The notes under the pieces are model-generated. The model had not been told where the DNA came from and did no database searches. It was given only the letters and a program-made list of their open reading frames with translations. A DNA stretch of 64,000 nt from Myxococcota bacterium (GTDB taxonomy: Bacteria; Myxococcota; XYA12-FULL-58-9; JALHOP01): the NCBI GenBank assembly GCA_039809465.1, contig JBDHVB010000001.1, positions 10,465-74,464 of the forward strand, given 5' to 3'. Below are positions 55,957 through 64,000 of the stretch, piece by piece (the stretch's first letter is position 1; every line of letters starts with the position of its first letter). Made by a program: the position numbers and the translations under genes.

Positions 55957-56444
55957 ACTTCGGACGGGAGCTGCTCGCGCAGACCGCCGAGATGTTTCGA
56001 CTCTGGCATCGTGTCCGCGATGGCACACTCGATAGGCGGGACTTTCAGAAGGCGATGGAGCCAATCCAAATCGAGGTCACAACCATCCTCGAGAGCGCCG
56101 CGACCTGCCGCACGCCCGACCTCGTTGGGACTGCGCGAGAGATATTGAAGCTCAGCGATGGACTTTGGACCTTCGTCGATGTCGAAGGCGTCGAGCCAAC
56201 CAACAACTTCGGCGAGCGTCAAATCCGCCATGCCGTCATGTGGCGCAAGACGAGCTTCGGAACCGACAGCGACGCCGGCAGCCGCTTCGCCGAGCGCATG
56301 CTGACCGTGTGCGCAACACTCCGAGCCCAGCACCGCAACGTTCTCGACTTCCTCGCCGATGCCTGCGCCGCGCGCATCAAACACACAGCGCCGCCGTCGC
56401 TTCTGCCCAATCAAGCCGCTGCCCACGCCGCGTTGGCTGCGTAA
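55957..56444 (+). pseudogene. IS66-family transposase (TnpC) C-terminal fragment
   Basis: VEPTNNFGERQIRHAVMWRKTSFG is the IS66 C-terminal signature. Begins right after IS21. Confidence 0.6.
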
Positions 56445-56835
56445 GGGCGTGAACGGTTACGTTGTCAGTTCCATGACGTGACGGTAGAAAGCCGCCCAAT
56501 CCACGATGGCCGCAGCGATCGCGGCGAAACGCCTCGATTCGCCGGCCGTCACTCGCGAAGTTCTAGCTCGTTGCGCGCCACACGGGCATAGCGCACAACT
56601 CTACCGAGGGCCGGCGACGGCCATCGTACACATTGGGCGCCCGCACCCGCTCCGCCTGGCTCCTCAATCGCGAATCTTTGTTGTACAACCGGATTAGCAA
56701 TGCTGCACTTCTGCATAGCCTGCGCCCTCTTCGGCGGCGGGGTTGTGATTTCGAAGGTAACCGTCCGGTGATCGATCCCTGCCATCGCGCGGCGTAATCG
56801 GCGATCTGTTCTCGCATTCAAACTTTGGGAAGTGA

Positions 56836-57159
56836 ATGCGAGTACGTTGGTCGGAGCACGAAGCGCGTAGCGCTATCAGCGCGTGGCGCAAAAGCGGACT
56901 ATCGGTCGAGGACTTCGGCAAGGCGCAAGGGCTCGAGCCACAACGCATCTACTGGTGGCGCAAGCGCCTTGAGAGTTCTGCGGCGGTGTCGGCGCCAGCG
57001 GCCCCGCCTGTGAAGCTGCTGCCGGTTAACGTCGCGCCAACGCGCTCACGCGGCGAGCCAGTCGCCGTCTTCTTACGCACCGGCCACATCGTGAAAGTCG
57101 GGCGCGACTTCGATGAGGAAGCGTTCGCGCGCGTCGTCGCGCTTCTCGAGGGCGCGTGA
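56836..57159 (+). CDS. IS66 family accessory protein TnpA (Orf1)
   Basis: WSEHEARSAISAWRKSGLSVEDFGKAQGLEPQRIYWWRKRL HTH. Confidence 0.6.
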   Translation: MRVRWSEHEARSAISAWRKSGLSVEDFGKAQGLEPQRIYWWRKRLESSAAVSAPAAPPVKLLPVNVAPTRSRGEPVAVFLRTGHIVKVGRDFDEEAFARVVALLEGA

Positions 57160-57392
57160 TGCTGGGACTTCCGCCAAGCGTGAAGATCTACTTCGCGACT
57201 GGTCTGGTCGACATGCGCAACGGCATCGACGGTCTGCGCGCTATCGTGGACACCACGCTCAAGCTCAATCCCGACGAGGGGCATCTCTTCGTGTTCGTCG
57301 GCAAGAGCCGCGACAAGCTCAAGATCTTGTTCTGGGACCGCAACGGTTACGTCATCTACTTCAAGCGAGGAGGGCCGCTTCCAGCTGCCTGA
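57156..57392 (+). CDS. IS66 family TnpB (Orf2)
   Basis: YFATGLVDMRNGIDGLRAIV...KILFWDRNGYVIYFKR is the IS66 Orf2 signature. Confidence 0.75.
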   Translation: MMLGLPPSVKIYFATGLVDMRNGIDGLRAIVDTTLKLNPDEGHLFVFVGKSRDKLKILFWDRNGYVIYFKRGGPLPAA

Positions 57393-57414
57393 GCTCGACG
57401 CGAACCGCACGCGC

Positions 57415-58296
57415 GTGCTGCTCGAGCCCGCGCAGCTCGCGATGCTCCTCGACGTCATCGACCTGAACGCCAAGCGCCTCGTACGTTGGAAACCACCGGT
57501 TCAAAGTTTGGGGATCGACAACAAATCGCCGACGTGGTCGAAGCTTGGCGTGGTGCCGCCGATCGACCATGAGTGCGCGTTAACGGGCGTCGTAACCGAG
57601 CTGATGAACAAGCTCGCGAAGGTCGAGCATGAGCTTGCACGGCTGAAGAAATCGCAATTCGGCCCGAAGAGCGAGCGCACGAAGATGCCTGCGCCCGTGA
57701 GTGCCAAGCGCGCGACGCCAGCGGAGCGACAAGCAACCCGACGCGCCAACGCGACTGCGAAAGGTCTGATTCAAACTTTGAAAATCGAGCACACGGTGCC
57801 CGAGTCCGCGCGTACGTGCCCGGCCTGCGGCAACGACAAGCTCGGCGCCATCGGCGAGGGCCGGTCGAGCGTAGTTTACGAGTTCGTTCCGGCGCGCTTC
57901 GTGCGGCACGAGCACGTGCAGGAAGTCCTTCGCTGCGGTTGCGGTGACTACGTAGTCACTGCGCCTGGGGCGCCGAAAGTCATCGAGAAGGGCCGCTATG
58001 GCGCGAGCTTCCTCGCGCACCTCGCGGTGGCCAAGTGCGCTGACCACACGCCGCTCTATCGCATCGAGAAGGACTTTGCGCGCCAAGGCTTTCCGCTCAA
58101 GCGTTCAACGATGAACGAGCTGCTCCACCGCGCGTCGGAGATCACGCGTCCGCTATGGGTGCATAAGCAGCACAAAAGCGCCCAACGCGCGAGTTCACGT
58201 AAGCGATGTTATCAGCCAACGTGTCGGGTACTCCTCCCCGGTGGCGTCGAGGTTGGAGCTGCGCTTCTCGAACAAGCTGGTGCCAAGTTGGTCTGA
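57415..58296 (+). pseudogene. IS66 family transposase TnpC, N-terminal ~250 aa only
   Basis: Leucine zipper, CPACG...CGCG zinc finger and LYRIEKDFARQGFPLKRSTMNELL. Homology stops before the first DDE aspartate. Confidence 0.6.
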
Positions 58297-58301
58297 TTGG
58301 C

Positions 58302-59036
58302 TTACTGGTCGCCATCCATCAAGAGCATCAGTGCGTTGCCTTCTTGCGCTACGGCCAAGCCTTCGCTGGGTTCTGGGGCTCGTGCTTCGTTGATCCATCC
58401 GCGCAACATTCGGAGTCCTTGCCGCAGCTCTTCGCGGCACGGTTCGACGCCGTCTTCTTCGCGCGCCAACAGATTGGCAGGAATGAGCTCGAGATGGCTT
58501 TCAGGCACGCTCTTGAGCTCCGCTGCGAGTTCATCCAGGACCGCAGGATGGAAAAGCGTGAAGAGCGGCCAGTGAGTCCGGCCTGCGCCCGCAGCGCTTG
58601 ACCAAGGAAAGAAGACATTGTCGCTCGCCCAGGCTTTCGCCAGCGCGGAGAGCCCGCACGCTTCGAGAAGCGGGTTCCAGCACCCCGGGGCAGCCTTTGG
58701 CACGTGGTATGTCCGAGCAATTGAGATCGCCGCGCCTTTGCCCGCTCTTTTAGCGCTATGGTTCAACACAAGTTCGAGGACACGCCCGTAGTTATAGGCA
58801 TCGTCCGAATCGAGCCTGCCATCGAAAATGGCGGTCAGCGCGGCTTCCGGCATCGCGCGACCTTCGGCGACCTCCTCACGCTCGTCTCCCTCCCCCAACG
58901 TCATGAAAACGTCGCGTTTGAGTTTCGCGTTTGTCCTGCTCGCCAAAATTTCACGCGCGGTGAGCATTCGCGAGCCAACGAGCGCCTGGAGCTTTTCCGG
59001 ACTTACTTTCCAACCCCGTAAAAAGCGTTCTGACAT
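58302..59036 (-). CDS. hypothetical protein, low GC (~58%)
   Basis: GAAGGGGA RBS. Atypical codon use (AAA, TTA). No motif recognised. Confidence 0.4.
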   Translation of the reverse strand: MSERFLRGWKVSPEKLQALVGSRMLTAREILASRTNAKLKRDVFMTLGEGDEREEVAEGRAMPEAALTAIFDGRLDSDDAYNYGRVLELVLNHSAKRAGKGAAISIARTYHVPKAAPGCWNPLLEACGLSALAKAWASDNVFFPWSSAAGAGRTHWPLFTLFHPAVLDELAAELKSVPESHLELIPANLLAREEDGVEPCREELRQGLRMLRGWINEARAPEPSEGLAVAQEGNALMLLMDGDQ

Positions 59037-59313
59037 GCGCCATCCCCTTCTACCGAATCCGACTCGTGACTGAGCCGCAGGGAGCGCCAGCAACGTTCGC
59101 GCCAACTCACTAAGAGTTTTGAAACGGCGCCCCAGCAAGCGACTCCGCGGTTGCGCCACGGCCACGAGGCGCGAGGCAGTGAGGGTGGCGCACATCGATG
59201 GTGTGACGCGTCAGCCCAGTTGCAGCCCTGACGCGACGCCAAGGTTGGAGACACAATGCGATCGTTTGGCTCGGGCTGTGCAGACCAAGTGCCGAAGGAA
59301 GGAGGCTTTCCTC

Positions 59314-60483
59314 ATGGCAGAGGGCAATAGTTTCGTCGGCGCGTACTTGCTCCTCACGGCGTTCGCCTTGTCGCTCGCAACTGGCTGCGTCGGGTACATT
59401 GACGGCGATGTCCGCGATGATGGAAGCGACGAGGACTCGGACCAGCGCGACGCCAGCGATCGGGATGCCGAGAGTGACCCCCAACAGCAGGGCGACGACG
59501 GCGCTCCAGATGCCGGAGCTGACGACGGGCCGGACGAGCACGACGACGGCGATAGGGATGGTGGCGACTCCCACACGCTTGACCTCGATTGGCATGCGCC
59601 TAGCGGGCTCCTGACGCGCTATGTGGACAAGATCTTCGCTTACGAAGACATCGTTCATACTGCGCGCGTCACGTTCGCGCCAGGCGTACCGCTGACCCCA
59701 GACGGCGACATTGACCTCTACTTCGAGCTCTGGCAGCCCCCGCGTTCGGACCCCGAGACTCATCGGCCGTTGGTGATCTGGCTCCACGGCGGAGGTTGGA
59801 CCGCAGGCTCAACCGGTGGTCCGCCGGTCACCGACGAACTGTACGGCAAGATGCCTCAGTACGTTCAGCGCGGTTACGTCTTTGCGTCGATCGCGTATAG
59901 ACTGAATCGTGGCGCGGTGAGCGCTGTCGCGGACACGCTCGCCGCTGTTCGCTACTTTCGCGCTCACTCGGCAAACCATCGCATCGATCCCAACCGCATC
60001 ATTCTCGGTGGCTACTCCGCCGGCGCGATCAGCGCCCAGATGGCCGCCCTGGCGTCGGAGAAAGCAGAGGCTCTTGCGGCAGCGCACGGCAACGACTGCT
60101 GGCTCTCGCAACCGTCGTGGGTCACAGCAGCTATCACCTACGCTGGTAGCCTGGACTTCAATCCGAAGGTCGCGGCGTTCACGCGCGACGCTGCGGACCC
60201 GCTAGACACGCCTCTTTTTCTCGACATTCATGGCGAGAACGATGGCCTCGTCGGCTTCGACGAGGCGGAGGCGGCGATGGCTCGACTCGACCTCACGATC
60301 GACTTTGCCGAGGTCGCGGCCAGACCGGGAAAGACTCATACCTCAGTTTGGAACGAGCTCTCCGACACGGAGGGCGACTTCGCGACTGACATCATCCCCC
60401 TGTTGCTCGAGCGCGTGATTGTGGGTGACCAGTGCCCAGCCGCGTCGATGGGGCCGCGCGCGCAGAAAATATCTTGGGACTAG
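59314..60483 (+). CDS. secreted lipoprotein carboxylesterase/lipase (alpha/beta hydrolase) with acidic low-complexity linker
   Basis: AGGAGG RBS. Lipobox LATGC. D/E-rich ~60-aa linker. HGGGW oxyanion motif. GYSAGA nucleophile elbow. Confidence 0.7.
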   Translation: MAEGNSFVGAYLLLTAFALSLATGCVGYIDGDVRDDGSDEDSDQRDASDRDAESDPQQQGDDGAPDAGADDGPDEHDDGDRDGGDSHTLDLDWHAPSGLLTRYVDKIFAYEDIVHTARVTFAPGVPLTPDGDIDLYFELWQPPRSDPETHRPLVIWLHGGGWTAGSTGGPPVTDELYGKMPQYVQRGYVFASIAYRLNRGAVSAVADTLAAVRYFRAHSANHRIDPNRIILGGYSAGAISAQMAALASEKAEALAAAHGNDCWLSQPSWVTAAITYAGSLDFNPKVAAFTRDAADPLDTPLFLDIHGENDGLVGFDEAEAAMARLDLTIDFAEVAARPGKTHTSVWNELSDTEGDFATDIIPLLLERVIVGDQCPAASMGPRAQKISWD

Positions 60484-60660
60484 CGGCAACCCACTCACCG
60501 GCGGCTCCGCAAAAACAGACCTCACCGGTGTGACTGGCCGTCTCAGAAACCGTCGCGGGAGGCTGCTGCGAGGCGCTGGACACGCTCTAGCGAATTTGGT
60601 CGGGCGGCATCGGACTTGCTCCACCCTGAGCCTACAGCGACGATTCAGGAGGTTGGTTTC

Positions 60661-63594
60661 ATGGCTCCCTCGAACAGCACGATGTTCAAAACCTGGTTGT
60701 TCCCGTTACTAGCGTTGGGCTTCGCAGCCGCCTGCGGAGGCAGCGTCCAGATGGGCAGCTCCGAGCCCGATGCCGACACCGAGGCGCCGTCCGACGATGG
60801 CGACACTGACTCGTCCGACGATGGCGACACTGATTTCGACGGTGGCGACCTGAGAAGCGTCGAAAACTGCCAGGAGATATTCACCGACACGCCAGGAAAG
60901 CGAGGCTTCACCTTCTACCGCCTGGCTAGCTCGGGCGGTGGTCTGCTGGCGGGAGCCTATGACGGGCACGTGTGCGCATACTCGCATGGTGGCTCCCCGC
61001 AGTGGACTGCGTCGACCGGTGGCTTCGTCTTCGATGTCGACCGCTCAGCAGGTCTCGCCGTGGCCGCTAATGCGGACGGCAAGGTGTACGCTTTCGACGC
61101 GGACGACGGCGCATTGCGTTGGGAAGAGGACTTAGGAGGGCCGGTCTATCAAGCCCGCATCGCAACGTTGGGCGATCGTGTCGTCGTGCTTGCGGGCGGC
61201 GTCTCGCGGCAACTGAAGATGCTCGCAGGAAGTGATGGATCGGTGCTCGCGTCTCGCGATATTGGCGGCGTCATCACTCGCATTCGCGTCGGCAACGTCG
61301 CTGGCGACGCGGCGCCAGAGATCGTCGTGTTGAGCACCACCTATGACTCGAACCCACGCAAGATCTCGATCTTTGGGCTCGAACCCGGAGCGCCGGTCAC
61401 ACTAACCGTCAAAGTTAGCCCCTCCAACAACGAGATGCTCGACGGAGGCCTCTTTGACTTCCAGCTGGTCGACATGGACCAGCCGGCGGACGGGCGCGAC
61501 GAGCTGGTCACGCCGCGTGGCGCCTTCCGATTTCGCCCAGGGCTCGCGCCATCGGCGCTGGAGGTCAACCCCTACGTGACCTTTGCCAATCGTACGCCAA
61601 AGCAGACGTATGACTTCACCTACACGATGCAAATGGTTGCGGTAGGGAACTTCACTGCGGCGAGCGGACTGGAGGTCGCGGTGCTCGACGGTCCGGACCT
61701 CTCGCTGTATCGCCACGACGGGACGTTCATCGCGACCGAACGCGCGCCGCAGGGCTTCACCGACATCGTTGCGCTTCGCGCCGAAGATCGCGGGATGGCT
61801 CTGTCCCCAGTTGTCCTTGGCAGTGCGCCGAATGGCGACAATCAGCTCTACCTCTTCGATCTCTCCGCGGCGGATTGGCGGTCCACCTTCACGACGCTCC
61901 CTCGGCGAGGCCGCGCCGCGGAAATGGCGAACAACAATCTCGCGATGCTCGACGAGCTCAAGAAGCGGCCCAAGTCTCCAGAGACGCCACTTCGCGGACA
62001 GAAGGGTCCGTTCACCGTGACCCTCAACCACAACATCCTCAACGACCCGGACACCCTGACCGGCCAGCTGAGCAACTCCATTGATGTGACCCGGGCGTTT
62101 GCCAGCGCCCCCGAGCTAGTTGGCACCAATCTTCGGTTCGCGTCGGTGGTTTGGGCATTCGAAGCCGGCGGTCTCACGCGTCCCGACGGAGCGCTGTGGA
62201 AAGCCGACCGGCGCTACGATCCCTACCAGCTGTCGAAAGCCAACCTGTTTGCAATCGCGGACCGATTCAAAGCCGCGGACATTTTTTTCTTCGTCCAGGT
62301 GGGGCACGGATGTGATCCATACCTAGCGGCCAACACGGCGCTGGCGATGTGCGAGCGTGCGCCTGACCAGTGTATGGGCTTCGTGACCGCTGAAGACGAA
62401 GGGCAAGACGAAGATGTAGAGTACTACTTCGAGCACTTCCTTCGGCCGATCCTGAGCGGCATCGCCGGCATGACACGTGGGCCATCCCAGCCGCAGCCCG
62501 TGCTCATTCTCCGAGAGAAGGCGGCTTTCTGGGCGACTACGGCGGCGAGTCCCGCCGTGCGCGCGGTCCTCTTTCCGCCTGGCAATCCTTACAAGTCGAT
62601 CGTGGTTCCTTCGGTCGAAGACAGCAACTCGCGGAGCCCCGATCTCAACATGGCCGCTCGGCTCGGGCTGTGGCGCGACGGCCTGGTCGAACGATGGGCG
62701 AGTCGCATGACCGCGGACGACTTCTCCTTCAATCGGATGTTCGAGTGGGAATATCCGATGGCGGGGCACCCTCATCTGCGCTTTCTCAGCGCCCACGCGT
62801 CGCTCGGTGCGTCGATCTTCATGCTGTTCTTCGGGCAAGGCACGCCCGACGACCCGTCACGCGTCGGACGCGAGGGGGCACTTCCCTTCCTCCATCTGCT
62901 GGGTCGCGGAATCATCGAACCGCCGACCCGCGAACAACTCGTGTCGTTGCTGCCGGTTGGCGTCCGCATCACCACGCCGCTTGCCGCTAAGTATCGCGAC
63001 GACGCAAACACGGGGCACGTCGTCAACGGCTACGACGCGTCGGACCTCGCCCCCGGGGCTTTCACCCGACTCGCCTGCTACTGGGGCATGGCGCCGACGC
63101 CACCGACCGACCTGAGCTCCTACTTGTGGGGACGCACCAGGCAATTTGGCAACTTCATTCCGGCTACGCCCAACGGCGGCTTTGTGTCGGTGCTCCCGGC
63201 TCCGGTACGCGACGCAGCGGCTTGGGACCGCGTGTGGAGCACGAATGGGATAGCCATCGAGGACGCGGACGGGGACACGGTAGCTCCCGCGGCGGCGAAG
63301 ACCGCATTGCTCGCCGACGTCGCCACCGCGACTCGGGCGCTGCCGTTCAAGATTCAAGGCACCGTTTTCTCCGCCACCAACCACATCTCCACCACGCGCG
63401 TCGTGCTCACGCTCATCGACCCCGACTACCTCGACCCACGCGGCGCGGTTGTTCGGATCGCAGCGAACCCGGGCAGCGGGTCGGGCTGGGACGTTCGCGA
63501 CCGCGTAACCGACAAGGCCTTGGGGCGACTCGGTGACGGTTTGAGCATCACAGTGGATCCGGGTTCGCTTCGCGTGCTGGAGCTGACGCGCTGA
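60661..63594 (+). CDS. large lipoprotein: acidic linker, PQQ-like beta-propeller repeats, ~550-aa C-terminal domain of unknown function
   Basis: AGGAGG RBS. Lipobox LGFAAAC. Repeated DG..Y/W motifs (GKVYAFDADDGALRWEE). No catalytic motif recognised in the C-terminal half. Confidence 0.55.
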   Translation: MAPSNSTMFKTWLFPLLALGFAAACGGSVQMGSSEPDADTEAPSDDGDTDSSDDGDTDFDGGDLRSVENCQEIFTDTPGKRGFTFYRLASSGGGLLAGAYDGHVCAYSHGGSPQWTASTGGFVFDVDRSAGLAVAANADGKVYAFDADDGALRWEEDLGGPVYQARIATLGDRVVVLAGGVSRQLKMLAGSDGSVLASRDIGGVITRIRVGNVAGDAAPEIVVLSTTYDSNPRKISIFGLEPGAPVTLTVKVSPSNNEMLDGGLFDFQLVDMDQPADGRDELVTPRGAFRFRPGLAPSALEVNPYVTFANRTPKQTYDFTYTMQMVAVGNFTAASGLEVAVLDGPDLSLYRHDGTFIATERAPQGFTDIVALRAEDRGMALSPVVLGSAPNGDNQLYLFDLSAADWRSTFTTLPRRGRAAEMANNNLAMLDELKKRPKSPETPLRGQKGPFTVTLNHNILNDPDTLTGQLSNSIDVTRAFASAPELVGTNLRFASVVWAFEAGGLTRPDGALWKADRRYDPYQLSKANLFAIADRFKAADIFFFVQVGHGCDPYLAANTALAMCERAPDQCMGFVTAEDEGQDEDVEYYFEHFLRPILSGIAGMTRGPSQPQPVLILREKAAFWATTAASPAVRAVLFPPGNPYKSIVVPSVEDSNSRSPDLNMAARLGLWRDGLVERWASRMTADDFSFNRMFEWEYPMAGHPHLRFLSAHASLGASIFMLFFGQGTPDDPSRVGREGALPFLHLLGRGIIEPPTREQLVSLLPVGVRITTPLAAKYRDDANTGHVVNGYDASDLAPGAFTRLACYWGMAPTPPTDLSSYLWGRTRQFGNFIPATPNGGFVSVLPAPVRDAAAWDRVWSTNGIAIEDADGDTVAPAAAKTALLADVATATRALPFKIQGTVFSATNHISTTRVVLTLIDPDYLDPRGAVVRIAANPGSGSGWDVRDRVTDKALGRLGDGLSITVDPGSLRVLELTR

Positions 63595-63627
63595 GGGCCC
63601 GAGGCCACGCTGGTGTGACTGGCCGTC

Positions 63628-64000
63628 TCAGTCAACGAGGCCGTAGCGAACAAGCAGGCGCCGAAAGTAAGCGCGGTCCAGGCCCGCGCTACGCGCCGCG
63701 CTCGAAATGTTGCCAGCTGCTTTGAGGAAATGGTGAGTCAGATAGTCGCGCTCGAACGAGTCGATGACCTGCTGGCGCGCCAGGAGAAAAGGCGTGTCCT
63801 TGTCGGGCGCGACGAACCCCGACACCGCATCGCGCAGGGGAGTAACTGAGACTGTGAGCTGGTCACCCAGAGCGAGAGCCCGCGCGATTGTGTTGCGCAG
63901 CTCGCGCACGTTGCCTGGCCAGGCATACTCACCACCGAGAAGCGCGAGAGTCCCCGGCGACAACTCGAAGCTCTCGGCCTCGAGCTCGGCGAGCAACATG
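63628..64000 (-). CDS. sigma54-dependent activator, C-terminal part (gene continues beyond window)
   Basis: AWPGNVRELRN is the end of the sigma54 AAA+ domain. Fis-type HTH (AAGNISSAARSAGLDRAYFRRL). Confidence 0.6.
   Translation of the reverse strand, partial: MLLAELEAESFELSPGTLALLGGEYAWPGNVRELRNTIARALALGDQLTVSVTPLRDAVSGFVAPDKDTPFLLARQQVIDSFERDYLTHHFLKAAGNISSAARSAGLDRAYFRRLLVRYGLVD

Overview
This is a ~70% GC bacterial chromosomal segment. Composition and gene content are typical of a myxobacterium-like deltaproteobacterium, but that placement is inference only. The 64 kb divide into four blocks.

(1) 1-15.4 kb holds envelope, repair and regulatory genes: a FadL-type outer-membrane protein, tatA, a BON/OmpA/DUF4398 envelope cluster, an Fpg/Nei glycosylase next to a SMUG1-like uracil glycosylase, a DUF3618/holin-X-like pair, a PAP2 phosphatase, a sigma54-type promoter in front of a stand-alone receiver protein, an NtrC-family activator and a membrane-anchored MutS-family ATPase.

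(2) 15.4-30.1 kb is a compact minus-strand hybrid NRPS/PKS gene cluster, and is the main candidate for novelty. One gene encodes A-PCP-KS-AT(malonyl)-ACP-aminotransferase. It is translationally coupled (GTG/TGA overlap) to a bimodular NRPS (C-A-PCP-C-A-PCP) that has no thioesterase domain. Two small paralogous alpha/beta-hydrolase genes with non-canonical nucleophile elbows follow.

(3) 30.3-45.9 kb holds opgH and opgG arranged convergently, and a G-tract/C-rich intergenic block. It also holds a complete histidine operon (hisG-C-B-H-F-[hisA-hisIE fusion]-D) with a 22-codon upstream ORF that duplicates the hisF 5' end. A Cys/Met-family PLP enzyme and a glutamine-synthetase paralogue follow.

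(4) 46-64 kb is a zone of mobile and accessory DNA. It holds a DUF4258/MqsA-like toxin-antitoxin pair with a palindromic operator next to tRNA-Gly(CCC), and a short block of core genes (M24 peptidase, TrxC, S9 peptidase, ROK kinase). It also holds a degenerate inverted partial tRNA-Gly copy, methyltransferase and integrase pseudogene fragments, an IS21 element (istAB) next to split IS66 pieces, a low-GC hypothetical gene, and two lipoproteins with acidic linkers: an esterase and a 977-aa PQQ-propeller protein with an unassigned C-terminal domain.

No CRISPR array or rRNA gene was seen. Start coordinates are chosen from the ORF track and are less certain than the stops.
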